The notes: generated by a model from the letters alone, not told the origin. A DNA stretch of 64,000 bases from Thermoanaerobaculia bacterium (GCA_035940855.1 DASZEM010000010.1:907-64906), one strand, 5' to 3'; counted from the first letter of the stretch, positions 10,679-21,096 are shown. Numbers and translations: made by a program.

Positions 10679-11140
10679 ATGACACAAAACGAATACGAAC
10701 ATTACAGGCAAAAGCTCGACGAGCAGCTCCAGTCCGGCATCGAGCTGCTCAAGGCCGCCCATGCCCAGCAGATCCGGGCCCTGGAGTTGGTCTGGACGAT
10801 GGGGCGCAACGAGGAGCCGGTGAGGACGGCGGCCCTCGCCGTTCCGGAGCCTCCCACGCCCCCGGCCCCCGCCGCGCCGCCTCCGTCCCCGCGCCGCTCG
10901 CGGCGGGGAGCCTGGGACCTCGTCAACGACATCGAAACCGCGCTCGAGAGCGTCCCGGAAGTCTTCGACCGCAACGACGTCCTCCAGGCGCTCCGCTACG
11001 AGCCCGACCGCGGCTCTCTGTACCGGGCGCTCCAGGAGCTGACCCAGGAGGGCGTCCTCGCCGTTGAGTCCCCCGGCGGCGGCAGAGTCACGACGAAATA
11101 CAGGAAGACCGGGACGAGTCATTCCCTCTCGGAATCCTGA
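10679..11140 (+). CDS. hypothetical protein: coiled coil, Pro-rich linker, probable winged-helix C-terminus
   Basis: Helical N-terminus; C-terminal DRGSLYRALQELTQEGVL resembles a wHTH recognition helix and wing. Confidence 0.6.
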   Translation: MTQNEYEHYRQKLDEQLQSGIELLKAAHAQQIRALELVWTMGRNEEPVRTAALAVPEPPTPPAPAAPPPSPRRSRRGAWDLVNDIETALESVPEVFDRNDVLQALRYEPDRGSLYRALQELTQEGVLAVESPGGGRVTTKYRKTGTSHSLSES

Positions 11141-11144
11141 AGCC

Positions 11145-11600
11145 GCCAAGTATTCGGGAGACATTCGCCCCGCCTCCTGCATCATTCGCGAACGTTCCCG
11201 GGACTCCGCAATACGTTCGCGCGACATAAGGGAATGTTCGCCTGGGACTCGGGAAGCTTCCTGCATCATAGAAGAGCGCTCCCCGGACATTCGGGAGCAT
11301 TGCCGCAACATAGAGGAGCGTTGGCGGCCCATTTCTCCCGCAGGATGAGACACAGAAACCACGGGATGCAACGTTCATCCCGAGGGCTGAATGACGCATC
11401 CCGCGGGATGCGTCATTCGCATCCTGGGGTGAACGTTGCATCCCGGCTCCCGCGTCCTCGAGGAGCGGGGATGCATGATGCAGTAAGCGGGATGAATGAT
11501 TGGGCCCGGAGTCTCAATGGCGCGCGGACCGGGGTAAACGTCTCATCCCGCGCTCCGAATGACGCAGACCGCGGGGCGAATGGCGCGGACCTCGGGGCGG
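11145..11600. repeat. degenerate 21-bp tandem array
   Basis: GGG(A/G/C)(T/C)(G/A) recurs at 11363, 11384, 11405, 11426, 11468, 11489, 11531, 11573, 11594; heptad patterns in translations of both strands. Confidence 0.7.
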
Positions 11601-11799
11601 GAGGCCGCGGTCCCGGTCCCGGTCGCCGCGAAGGCGGGGGCGTTACCAGGAGAAGCGGCGCGAGCGCCGGAGAAGATTTCCGGGCCTCGCGACAACCCCG
11701 ATCGTGACGTCCATGATCGACCGCCAGGAGCCCCGTCAGGGGCGGCGGATCCTTCACGGAGAGGTGTCCTGCCGCCCTGGCGGGGATTGGAAGTTGAAG

Positions 11800-12738
11800 T
11801 CAGCAGGTGGGCGGCGGATTGGTGAAGTTGCCGACGCAACCGGGACCGATGTACTCCTTGCAGAAGCTGCTGCGATACTGGGTGGACTTGTACACGTCCG
11901 TGTACGTTCCATCACAATGCTCGGTCCGTTGATAGACGTACCGGCGGTCGACGTCCTCCCAGAAGATGTAGGCGTAAGTATAGTTGATGCAGATGTTGCC
12001 GTGATTGTAGCTGCCGATGTACGTCCACGGCGTGTAGACGTCGTACACCGCCTTGGGCTCGGTACAGACCTGAGGACATTGGAAGACGCACCAGGAGTAT
12101 TGATCGTTACAATAGCTGCAACTTCCGCGATGGTCGCAATAGTAATCGCACTCGAGGAACGCGTCATTGCATGCCGACTCGCACTCAGGGTCGGGCTGCA
12201 TGCCCTTCCGCGGATCTCGGAGCTTGACTTCGACCGAGCGGCTTTCGCCGACGACAGGTCCGCCGCCGGCCAGCCGCGCGCTGCCGCGATCGGCGTCGGC
12301 GAACGGCACGTCGACGATGACCTTGCCGCGCGCCGAGACGGTGAAGCGAAGCGCCTCAGCTTCCAGTTTGCGCAGCTGCGCCAGCTCGTTCTGGTGATGC
12401 GCCAGGAACGAGATCGTCGGCGCGGCCGAAAGGCGATCGGGGAGAACGATCGTCTCCTGCACAAAAACTCGCGGACCGCTCGAGACGGCGACTGTCAGAG
12501 TCTCGGAGGGCGATACGAGCCCGGCCGGCAGATCGAAGGGGAGGCCGGCAGCGGAGCGCTCTGCCTTCATGCTGCGGATCTCGAGTTGCCGCGGCTCGGT
12601 CGTGCGCAGGCCCGGCTCCCGGTCCCAGTCCCCGCGGTCCCTCCGCGAGGTCTGCGGCGGGGCGGCGATGGCTGCCGACGCGACGAGCAACGCGATTCCG
12701 GTCACGAGCGTTCTCCCGTACCAACGTGTGCGTTTCAT
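11800..12738 (-). CDS. secreted protein with Cys/aromatic-rich C-terminal domain
   Basis: Signal peptide; RBS ggagg upstream; >12 Cys in the last ~120 aa. Confidence 0.75.
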   Translation of the reverse strand: MKRTRWYGRTLVTGIALLVASAAIAAPPQTSRRDRGDWDREPGLRTTEPRQLEIRSMKAERSAAGLPFDLPAGLVSPSETLTVAVSSGPRVFVQETIVLPDRLSAAPTISFLAHHQNELAQLRKLEAEALRFTVSARGKVIVDVPFADADRGSARLAGGGPVVGESRSVEVKLRDPRKGMQPDPECESACNDAFLECDYYCDHRGSCSYCNDQYSWCVFQCPQVCTEPKAVYDVYTPWTYIGSYNHGNICINYTYAYIFWEDVDRRYVYQRTEHCDGTYTDVYKSTQYRSSFCKEYIGPGCVGNFTNPPPTC

Positions 12739-12899
12739 TCGGGTCCTCCTTGAAGGAACGGCCCAGCCGGCTCAATTGCCGAAGCTGTCCTCTAGAAGAA
12801 GCGCCAAAACTTCAGACTTTACGTCACTCCTCCAAGTTCCCTTCCCGAGGGCTTCTCCGACCGGCATCTATTTCCGCACCTATTTCCTCCTTCCTGGTT

Positions 12900-13264
12900 C
12901 TATTGCTGGTCCCTCCTGACCCGGATCGGATACGGCGGACGCTGCGGCTTGGCGGGCGGGTTCTTCTTCAATTCTTCCAGGACGATCTCGATCGCTTTTT
13001 CAAGCTGCGGGTCGCGGCCGGCGACCAGGTCGGCGGGCGAGTTCTCGACCTCGACGTCCGGTGCCACGCCTTCGTTCTCGACCCCCCAGCCGCCTTCGGG
13101 AGACCAGAGCGCGAAGTTCGGGGCGGTCACGCTGCCGCCGTCCATGAGTCCCGGGTAGCCGAGGATGCCGGGGACTGCAGGAGGCGCGTGTCCGGCTGGG
13201 CCGACAGGCGTAGGGGGATCAGGAGCAGGACGGTGAGCCATATTCCGAGCCATATTCGGCGCAT
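12900..13264 (-). pseudogene. tricorn/S41 protease remnant (signal peptide joined out of frame to extreme C-terminus)
   Basis: MRRIWLG..AQPDTRLLQSP joined at ~13170 to GILGYPGLMDGGSVTAP..ENEGVAPDVEV..GRDPQLEKAI. Confidence 0.8.
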
Positions 13265-13467
13265 GGGTTGAATCACCTCGTCCGGAGATGTTACTACCGG
13301 GTAGTTATTCGTCAACTGTAGGACCCATATACGCAGATCGGCACGAAAGGTTAGCCCTCCAGTCCCCTCCCGCCTTTCCGGGGCAAATTAGTCCTTGAAG
13401 CTCACGAAGAGTGAGCACCGCCGCACGGCGTGCGAGGCCGGCACCTATCCGATTTCTTATGAGCCAT

Positions 13468-14463
13468 TCATTCTAAACGTGTTATGACAGTTCGCATGCC
13501 GGCGTACGGAGAAAACAGTTGCTGACAGATTGCCACGTCGTTGTCGGAGCTGATGAGGTACTTTTTGCCATTGTAATTGATCCGCATCGGAAACTGGCGC
13601 CCCACCTCATAGTCTGAAGGCATGCAGCGGATTTGCGAGTACACCTGCTCCGGGAAGCCGAAGGTCGTCTCCGAAGCGCTGCGGAACTGAAAGCTCGTTC
13701 CCGCAAACCCGTTCCCCTGGTTCCCGTATCCGCTCGGACACGGCGTACATCCGTTGTGAGGGAGATGATAATATTCCCAGGCCTCATACCCGGTACCATT
13801 AAAAAACAAATCATTAACAAACGTACCTTGAGAGATGGCATCGGGAACAAACGTCAAGTTGCCTCCAACCACCTCTTTAAAGACACCTCCAGAGAGCACA
13901 TAGATTTTCTTCTGGCCCCCAGAGAAAGTAACGCGCACTCTGCCTACCTGATCTGCGAAGCTACTTCCGAAGCGGAAAAGTCCCCACCAGTAGGCATCGT
14001 TCGTCGGGACCAGCACCATATCCATAATTTGGATTTGCAGGTTCGTAGACATGAATGGCTCCTCTATCCATCCACTAGCCGGCTGGGTAGAATGGAGCCA
14101 GACGAGATTTGCGAACGTGTCCCCCTTATTTGCGATAATGTTATATCGACCCTGAGACGCAAAGACGTTGCCGATCCCGTAGTGTTGAGTGCAATCAGAC
14201 GAAATGCGCCCGCGGTAAGTGGCTCGCGTACCCATCAGCTGGTCCATGCCGATTGAGAACACGAGGATTTGGTCATGGTCCGGGCACATCGTCAAAGGCC
14301 GATTGCTCCACTGTCCGCCCTGCGTATAAAGGTAAAGGGTGCTTCCAACCTGGATTCCGGAGGTGTTGTAGTAGGTACCCGAGGCTGGGTCAGGACTGAA
14401 GATAAGAGGAGAGATTAGGACGTTGAAGTAAGGGGTCTGGTTGGTCTCGACTGCACCGAACAC
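13468..14463 (-). CDS. AT-richer hypothetical beta-rich protein, possibly 5'-truncated
   Basis: Long ORF in visibly lower-GC DNA; GTG start with no RBS, 14 nt after the S9 stop. Confidence 0.55.
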   Translation of the reverse strand: MFGAVETNQTPYFNVLISPLIFSPDPASGTYYNTSGIQVGSTLYLYTQGGQWSNRPLTMCPDHDQILVFSIGMDQLMGTRATYRGRISSDCTQHYGIGNVFASQGRYNIIANKGDTFANLVWLHSTQPASGWIEEPFMSTNLQIQIMDMVLVPTNDAYWWGLFRFGSSFADQVGRVRVTFSGGQKKIYVLSGGVFKEVVGGNLTFVPDAISQGTFVNDLFFNGTGYEAWEYYHLPHNGCTPCPSGYGNQGNGFAGTSFQFRSASETTFGFPEQVYSQIRCMPSDYEVGRQFPMRINYNGKKYLISSDNDVAICQQLFSPYAGMRTVITRLE

Positions 14464-14477
14464 CGCTTGCTGGCAGC

Positions 14478-16466
14478 CTACTTCAGCAAAAACCGCCGCA
14501 CGAACTCAAACACCACCGCCCGCTGATAGTCCACGTTGCTTTTCTTGTCGAACCCGTGACCCTCGTCGCGGGCCACGAGGTACCAGACGGGCACGCCGTT
14601 GCTCTTGACGGCGGCGACGATCTGGTCCGACTCGGCGAGCGGCACTCGCGGGTCGTTCGCTCCCTGGGTGACGAGCAAAGGCTTCTTGATCTTCGAGGCG
14701 CGCTTGACGGGCGCGATCTCTTCGAGGAAGGCCAGCATGGCGGGGTCCCGCTCGTCGCCGTACTCGGCGCGGCGCAGGTCCTGGCGGTAGCCCTGCGTGT
14801 GTTGGAGGAAAGTCACGAAGTTGCTGATCCCCACCGAATCCCAGGCGCAGCAGAGACGGTCGCTGTAGAACGTCATGGACGCGAGCACCATGTAGCCGCC
14901 GTAGGAGCCGCCGGCCACCATGACGCGGTTGGGATCGAGGTCCGGCTGGGTGGCGATCCAGTCGAGCAGGGCTCCGATGTCTTTGACTGAATCCTCGCGC
15001 AAGCGGCCGTTGTCCAGCTTCAGCCAGGTCTTGCCGTAGCCGGACGAGCCCCGCACGTTGGGATAGATCAACGCGACTCCCATCTCGTCGATGAAGTAGT
15101 TGTTGCTCCCCCGGAAGTTCGGCCGCGTCTGCCCCTCCGGGCCGCCGTGGATGCTGATGTACACCGGCCGGCGCCCCGGGAAGCGGTCCGCGGGCGGATG
15201 GTAGACGAACGCCGGGATCGTCCGCCGCGCGCCGCCCGGCGACACCGTGTCGAACGTGGGGTAGTGGATCAGCTCCGGCACCACGAAGCTCTCGGCGTCG
15301 AGGCCGCCCGCCTCGCTCGCCGTCCAACGCTCCAGCTTCCTCCGGTCCGGATCGTAGCTGTAGACGTCCTGCGCCGAGCGGGCCCAGTCGAGAGCAAAAG
15401 CGATCTCGTGCGAGCCCGGCCGGAAGAGCATGTTCGCGGTGACGCCGGCCGGCAGGTCGGGCGCGGCGAGCGCCTTGCCTGAGGAGAGGTCGAGCAGGTG
15501 GAGCTTGCTCACGCCGTCCTCGTTGGTGAAGAACGCGAGCAGCCGGCCGTCGGAGGAGACGTCGAAGTCCTCGACGTCCCACGGGATGCCGCCCGACAGC
15601 ACGGTCGAGCGGCCGCTTTCGAGATCGATCCGCACCATCCGCAGGAACTCGCTGTCCTTGTCCGTGGCCGTGAACACCGACTTGCCGTCGGCCGACCACA
15701 CGCCGCCCGCGTAGGCCACGGTCGGATCCTCCTCGCGGGAGTTGCGGGGCGTGATCGCGTGGAGCTCCCCCGTGGCGACATCCACCCAGTGGAGATAGGC
15801 CTCGTTGGCTGAGATGAATTCGTAGACGAGCAGCCGGCGGTCGTCCGGGCTCCATTCGAGCGGGCTCCAGGAGCCCTGCACCTCGGCCAGCCGCCGCGCG
15901 CTGCCGGGCGTCGAGGGATCGATCACGTAGAGATCCATGTCGCGGCCGTTGCGCACGTTCGCGGCATAGGCGAGCAGTTTGCCGCTCCGCGACCAGACGG
16001 GGGAGACGTAGCGGTGCGTGCCGTCCGAAAGGCGCCGCGGCCGGCCGGTTTTGCGGTCGAGGAGGAAGAGCTGATAGTTCTCGGCCCCGCCCTCGTTGAG
16101 CGAGTACACCAGTTGATCGGACTGGCCGGAACGGCCCGGCCGGTAGCGGCCCGAGCCGATGGGATCCTGGTAGAACGTGAGCTGCGTGCGCGCTCCCATG
16201 GGCATGGCCACCTCGTGGAGCTGCGTGCTCTCGGCGAAGCGCGTCTCGATCAGGACGCGCCGCTCCGTGGGATGCCAGTCCGCCAGGGCGGCGCTGCGGA
16301 GGTTGTTGTAAGGGGCCAGCTCTTCAGTCCGCTCGGCCGGGATGGCCGGCACGCCCTCGGCCTTGATGCTCTCGGGCACCTGCAGGACCGCTGGCTCCGC
16401 CGCCATTGCAGACATCGCGGACATCAGTGTGGCGGCGAAGAGGGCGGTGACGACCTTTGCGCTCAT
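14478..16466 (-). CDS. S9 prolyl-oligopeptidase-family peptidase with beta-propeller
   Basis: IHGGPEGQ, PNVRGSSGYG, GGSYGG nucleophile, GANDPRVP, DEGHGF; signal peptide. Confidence 0.93.
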   Translation of the reverse strand: MSAKVVTALFAATLMSAMSAMAAEPAVLQVPESIKAEGVPAIPAERTEELAPYNNLRSAALADWHPTERRVLIETRFAESTQLHEVAMPMGARTQLTFYQDPIGSGRYRPGRSGQSDQLVYSLNEGGAENYQLFLLDRKTGRPRRLSDGTHRYVSPVWSRSGKLLAYAANVRNGRDMDLYVIDPSTPGSARRLAEVQGSWSPLEWSPDDRRLLVYEFISANEAYLHWVDVATGELHAITPRNSREEDPTVAYAGGVWSADGKSVFTATDKDSEFLRMVRIDLESGRSTVLSGGIPWDVEDFDVSSDGRLLAFFTNEDGVSKLHLLDLSSGKALAAPDLPAGVTANMLFRPGSHEIAFALDWARSAQDVYSYDPDRRKLERWTASEAGGLDAESFVVPELIHYPTFDTVSPGGARRTIPAFVYHPPADRFPGRRPVYISIHGGPEGQTRPNFRGSNNYFIDEMGVALIYPNVRGSSGYGKTWLKLDNGRLREDSVKDIGALLDWIATQPDLDPNRVMVAGGSYGGYMVLASMTFYSDRLCCAWDSVGISNFVTFLQHTQGYRQDLRRAEYGDERDPAMLAFLEEIAPVKRASKIKKPLLVTQGANDPRVPLAESDQIVAAVKSNGVPVWYLVARDEGHGFDKKSNVDYQRAVVFEFVRRFLLK

Positions 16467-16526
16467 CTCAATCTCCAAAGTAGACATTCCCTCTGAAACG
16501 GGTACACTGCGCGAGGGAACGACATC

Positions 16527-16907
16527 ATGCCGAGCTTCTACAACTGCGACCGCTGTCCCTCCTACTGCTGCTCCTATCCGCGGATTCCCATCGAGGAAGC
16601 CGACGTGCAACGACTGGCGCTCCACCTGGGCCTTCCCTTCGAGACAGTCGCCCGAAAGTTTACCAGGAAAGGCGAGGAGCCTGGGGAGGTCATCCTCCGC
16701 CACAAGCCGGACCCCATCTACGGCACGGCCTGCAAGTTCCTCGACCGGCAGACGCGGCGCTGCACCGTGTACGAGGGGCGCCCCGCCATCTGCCGCACCT
16801 ACCCGGGCTGCGTGCGTTGCGGCTACTACGACTTCCTCTCTTTCGAGCGCCGCGCTCAGGAAGACCCGGAGTTCATCCCTTCGACCTTCAACCGGCCGCG
16901 GGAGTAG
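16527..16907 (+). CDS. YkgJ-family cysteine-cluster protein
   Basis: CDRCPSYCC..CKFLD..CTVYEGRPAICRTYP. Confidence 0.85.
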   Translation: MPSFYNCDRCPSYCCSYPRIPIEEADVQRLALHLGLPFETVARKFTRKGEEPGEVILRHKPDPIYGTACKFLDRQTRRCTVYEGRPAICRTYPGCVRCGYYDFLSFERRAQEDPEFIPSTFNRPRE

Positions 16908-17038
16908 AAGGACTGATCGATTACAGAAGTCTCAAGGGCCGGCTGGCCGACACCGAGGCCCTCCGGAGCTGGACTCCCGCGAATTACCGGAGCTGGTGAG
17001 CTCATCTCCTGGGCGTGGTTTATGCAGTGAAGCCCACC

Positions 17039-18082
17039 ATGGGCTTTCCACGCCTGAAGTTGCTCCTCCTGTTCGCGGTCTTCACGGCCGCCTGTGCCGG
17101 CCGGCAGAAGCCCGAGACCGCGGCTTCTGAAGCTGCGCCGGCGGCCAGCGCCGTGGAGCCGCCGTCTCTCCGCGACCTCTGCCGGGAGGGCGAGCCCGTG
17201 GAGCACGACCTGCTCGACAACAGCCGCCGTATCCTCGCCGAAACCTTCTGCGGCGCCACTCTCTGGTTCGACGGGCTCTTCGGCCAGCCCGACGTCGAGA
17301 ACGCCCGGGAGGTGTCCGGCCGCGTCGAGCTGTCCACGGTCTACACCGAAGCGGACGGAGCCCAACCCAAGGCCCGGCTGCGCCTCAAATACGAACTGCC
17401 GAACCTCGAACGGCGGGTCAACCTCTTCCTCGGCCGGGACGACCGCGATGAATTCGTACAGGGACGCCAGGAAGGTTTTGCCATCCGCTCCTCGGTGTTC
17501 GGAGTGGAAACGCAAGACCGGTGGCTGGCCGGGCTCGGATACTCGCCTCCCGGGCGCTGGAGGGAACGCCTGGACTTCCGCGCCGGCGCCCGTCTGAGCT
17601 CGTCTCCCGAAGCTTTCGTGCAGGGCCGCCTGCGGCGCAACGTGTTCCTGGGCACTCGATCGGTCTGGCGCCTGCGCGAGACCGTCTTCTACGAGAACCG
17701 CGACGGTTTCGGCTCGACGTCGAGCGCCGACTTCGATTACGTCCTGCGGCGGCGGGCTCTCCTCTTCCACTGGGGGACGGTGGGCACGGTCTCGGAGGCT
17801 ACCGACGGCATGGACTGGCGCTCGGCGACGGTGCTCTATCAGAACCTCGGATCCCGGACGGCGCTCGGCTACGAGATCTTTCTACGCGGCTCGACCGGAG
17901 GCGTGGAAGTGCGCGAGTACGGCGCCCGCGGCATTTTCCGGCGCGCCTTGAACCGGGAGTGGCTCTACGGCGAGCTGATCGGCGGCTACACCTGGCCCCG
18001 CGAGTCGGCCGGCGAGCCCCGGAAGGGTTCGGCGCTGTTCGGGTTCGGCCTCGAGCTGCTGTTCGGGAGGGATCCCTACTGA
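17039..18082 (+). CDS. hypothetical lipoprotein / outer-membrane beta-barrel-like protein
   Basis: Lipobox-like TAAC; amphipathic beta strands; C-terminal FGFGLELLF. Confidence 0.65.
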   Translation: MGFPRLKLLLLFAVFTAACAGRQKPETAASEAAPAASAVEPPSLRDLCREGEPVEHDLLDNSRRILAETFCGATLWFDGLFGQPDVENAREVSGRVELSTVYTEADGAQPKARLRLKYELPNLERRVNLFLGRDDRDEFVQGRQEGFAIRSSVFGVETQDRWLAGLGYSPPGRWRERLDFRAGARLSSSPEAFVQGRLRRNVFLGTRSVWRLRETVFYENRDGFGSTSSADFDYVLRRRALLFHWGTVGTVSEATDGMDWRSATVLYQNLGSRTALGYEIFLRGSTGGVEVREYGARGIFRRALNREWLYGELIGGYTWPRESAGEPRKGSALFGFGLELLFGRDPY

Positions 18083-18144
18083 CCACAGTCGACGTCACGG
18101 ACCATACCAACGGCCCAAGTGAACCCACATTCAGAGGAGAGGAC

Positions 18145-18699
18145 ATGAGCCAGCATCAGATCGCCGTCGTCGTCGGCAGCCTCCGCCGTGATTCCTTCAA
18201 CCGCAAACTGGCCAACGCCGTGATTGCCCTGGCGCCGCCGGAGCTGTCGTTCAAACAGGTGCGGATCGACGATCTGCCGCTCTACGACCAGGACGACGAC
18301 TCGCACCAGGCCGAGCCGGTCAAGCGGCTGAAGTCCGAGATCACGGCGTCTCAGGGCGTCCTCTTCGTCACGCCCGAGTACAACCGTTCGATTCCCGGCC
18401 TGCTGAAGAACGCGATTGATCACGCCTCGCGTCCGTATGGCCAGAGCGCCTGGGCGGGCAAGCCCGCCGGCGTGATCGGAGCGTCGGTGGGCGCTCCCGG
18501 CACCTCCATGGCCCAGCAGCACCTCCGCAACATCCTGGCGTATCTGGACATGCCCACGCTCGGCCAGCCGGAGGTCTTCATTCACGTCAAGGAAGGGTTT
18601 TTCGACGAGGACGGCAACCTCGCCAACGCCGGCACCAAGGCGTTCTTGCAAAGCTGGATGGACCGCTATGTCGCGTGGGTGAAGAAACACGCCGCGTGA
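18145..18699 (+). CDS. NAD(P)H-dependent FMN reductase (ChrR/YieF-like)
   Basis: VGSLRRDSFN, TPEYNRSIPGLLKNAID, AQQHLR; RBS gaggagagga. Confidence 0.9.
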   Translation: MSQHQIAVVVGSLRRDSFNRKLANAVIALAPPELSFKQVRIDDLPLYDQDDDSHQAEPVKRLKSEITASQGVLFVTPEYNRSIPGLLKNAIDHASRPYGQSAWAGKPAGVIGASVGAPGTSMAQQHLRNILAYLDMPTLGQPEVFIHVKEGFFDEDGNLANAGTKAFLQSWMDRYVAWVKKHAA

Positions 18700-18819
18700 C
18701 GAAGGGATCGGGTACGGGACTGTGGGTGCTCTTGTCACCTCGGTGAAATAATGGGGTTTCGTGGGACCCGAAGGCCTGGCCCCCCTCTTTTCCAGTCGAG
18801 AGGGGCCAGGGGACGCGGC

Positions 18820-20871
18820 CTAATGGACCTCGGTGATGATGTTGCGCTTGAAGTCGGAGACGCCCACGGGGACCAGGTGGTGCGTGTGAGTGGTCCCCGA
18901 GAAGAGGTCGGGAGGCAGCTTGCCGGTGGACCGGAGGGAGGCCTGGACCGCGGCCAGGTTGACGGCTTGGAACCCCATGCAGGTCATTGCGGCGACCTGC
19001 TGGATGTCGATCTCGCGGCGGGCCAGGTCATCGAAGCTGCGCGGCGGCAGACCGCCCGGCTCCTGGGGATCCGGCAGGTTGTTGACGCCGGTGAGGAACT
19101 CCGACAGGGTGGCCGGGGAGCCGAACGGCGTTGACGGATCGACGTGGACGAACCGCGCCACTGTAGCGGCGGGCCGGGACTCGCGGCCGTGGCAGCCGTT
19201 GCAGGACGCGAGCGAGGCGCGGTGGCGTCCCCAGTTGGTGGTGTTGTTGCCGCCGGCGGGGCTCAGGTTCGGCACCTGCGCGTTGGTCACCCGCCAGAAG
19301 AAGTTCGTGCCGAGAGTCTGCGGGTTGGAGCCCAGGAAGTTGTTGCCATTGAAGAAGAGCGGCACTCCCGGAATCGGATCCTGGAACGCGGGGCCCGTCA
19401 GGGCGGGCGCCACCGCGGTGAGGATCCAGTTGTCGAAGGTCACGCTGGGATTGAACGTGTCGATCGCCGTGTCGGCCGTCGTCGTCTCGTTGAGGAAGGA
19501 GAACGGGAACTGGGTGAGCTGGAACTCGCGCAGCTCCCAGGGACCGCCGAGGGAGATCTCGTTGGTCCGCAACTGGCCCAGGGCGCTGCCGTTGGGCTTG
19601 GTGGGATTGGCGTTGGCGCGCACGAACTGCTCGGTGAGCACCTGCAGGCTGTCGTTGTAGGCCGCCGTGCCCGGCACCAGAGCGGCGAGGTCCACCCATT
19701 TCTGGGCCCAGTTCTTGACCAGCTCGCACTCGCACTTGGGCACCCGGTACTCGAAGATCACGGCGAACGGGCTCACGTTGCAGCCTAACTGCTTGTCCAC
19801 CAGGCCGAAGACGAAGCGCGCCTCCCCGGCGTCGAGGAAGTTGCCGGTGGCGCTGCCGCCATAGCCCCCGCCGCCCGACGTGGTGCGCCGCAGGTCGACG
19901 CGGGAGACGATGGCGAGCAGCCGGAACGGCGACTGCTTCAGGTCGACATGGCCGTCCGGGCGCTTCGGCCAGGGGTTGAGGATGACGTTGTTGACCTGGA
20001 GCCGCGCCGGTACATTGTGCGTGTTGATGGTCTGGGGGACCTGCCAGTGCGCGAGCCACTGCTCGGCGAAAATGGCGGGATCGATGCCGCTCGCCGGCTG
20101 GTTGGCCATCTCGGTGATCAGGTGGTTGAAGGTCCAGACGCCGGAGGGATTGCCGGCGCCGGTGCAGGGGTCCCACGTCCGCGTGGGATCGGTCACCACG
20201 CCCAGGTCGCGGATCATCAGCACGCGCTCCTGGAAGGGGTTGGTGCCGAGGACGACGGCCTTGAGGTTCGTCGGCGTCGCCTCCGATTGGACGAAGGCCA
20301 CGGGCGGGCCGAACGGCACCGCATTTCCCGCCTGGTACGAGGCATAGTCGAAGGCCACGGGATTGGCGTTGCCGACGTTGGTACGGCCGATGAAGAGGGG
20401 GGCCTGCTTGGTGCCGCGGTTGGCGAGCGCGTTGTTGTCACTGTCGGCGCGAGCCTGGAGATCGGCATCGTCGACGCTGCCGATGCCGGTGAAGACGCCG
20501 TCGCCGGCCCTGGTGTCGCCGCCCTGACCGTCATCCCGCAGGATCACCTCCTGGTCCTGAAAGCCGATGGTGACGAAGTCCCGCGTCCCGTCGGAGACCT
20601 TTCTCGCCAACTGAGCGCTCGACAGCGTCACCATCACCAGGACGTTGCCGACGTCCGGGAAGGCGGCCGTCTTCTGGATGACGACCTGGGTCGGGGGCGG
20701 CATGGCGGCATCGAGGGCTTCGGCCTTGCTCGGCGCGCCCGACGCGGTCTCGTCCACCGCGATGTCCGTGGCCTTCCGGTTGGCGGCCCAGGCCGTCAGC
20801 GCCATCACCGCCAGGGCGGCAGTCAGGAGGATGATTTTATACCTCAGATTCCAGCGTTTCCATTGCGCCAT
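18820..20871 (-). CDS. secreted protein with Ca-binding-like anchor module and one CxxCH motif
   Basis: N-terminal TM/signal; LRDDGQGGDTRAGDGVFTG; GQLRTNE..WELREF; SCNGCH. Confidence 0.7.
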   Translation of the reverse strand: MAQWKRWNLRYKIILLTAALAVMALTAWAANRKATDIAVDETASGAPSKAEALDAAMPPPTQVVIQKTAAFPDVGNVLVMVTLSSAQLARKVSDGTRDFVTIGFQDQEVILRDDGQGGDTRAGDGVFTGIGSVDDADLQARADSDNNALANRGTKQAPLFIGRTNVGNANPVAFDYASYQAGNAVPFGPPVAFVQSEATPTNLKAVVLGTNPFQERVLMIRDLGVVTDPTRTWDPCTGAGNPSGVWTFNHLITEMANQPASGIDPAIFAEQWLAHWQVPQTINTHNVPARLQVNNVILNPWPKRPDGHVDLKQSPFRLLAIVSRVDLRRTTSGGGGYGGSATGNFLDAGEARFVFGLVDKQLGCNVSPFAVIFEYRVPKCECELVKNWAQKWVDLAALVPGTAAYNDSLQVLTEQFVRANANPTKPNGSALGQLRTNEISLGGPWELREFQLTQFPFSFLNETTTADTAIDTFNPSVTFDNWILTAVAPALTGPAFQDPIPGVPLFFNGNNFLGSNPQTLGTNFFWRVTNAQVPNLSPAGGNNTTNWGRHRASLASCNGCHGRESRPAATVARFVHVDPSTPFGSPATLSEFLTGVNNLPDPQEPGGLPPRSFDDLARREIDIQQVAAMTCMGFQAVNLAAVQASLRSTGKLPPDLFSGTTHTHHLVPVGVSDFKRNIITEVH

Positions 20872-21096
20872 TGGTGCTTCTCCTTTCGAAATGTCGAAGG
20901 CTGCCGAGCTTTCACTCCGCCGAGCTTTCACCGATATTCGGTGGTTTGGTCACCCTCGATCGTTCACGTCCGTTGCACGAAGGCAATTGACTGCAATAAA
21001 GAGGGTGCTCAAAACCGCCAAGAGGGAGCCGTTCCATCCAGAGGATGGGGTCAGAGCGCGGTGTCGCCAAACCCGGAGACACGGGTGGCTGAGAGC

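Noticed and set aside
11145-11600. CRISPR array
   Set aside because: No identical repeats with unique spacers and no cas genes
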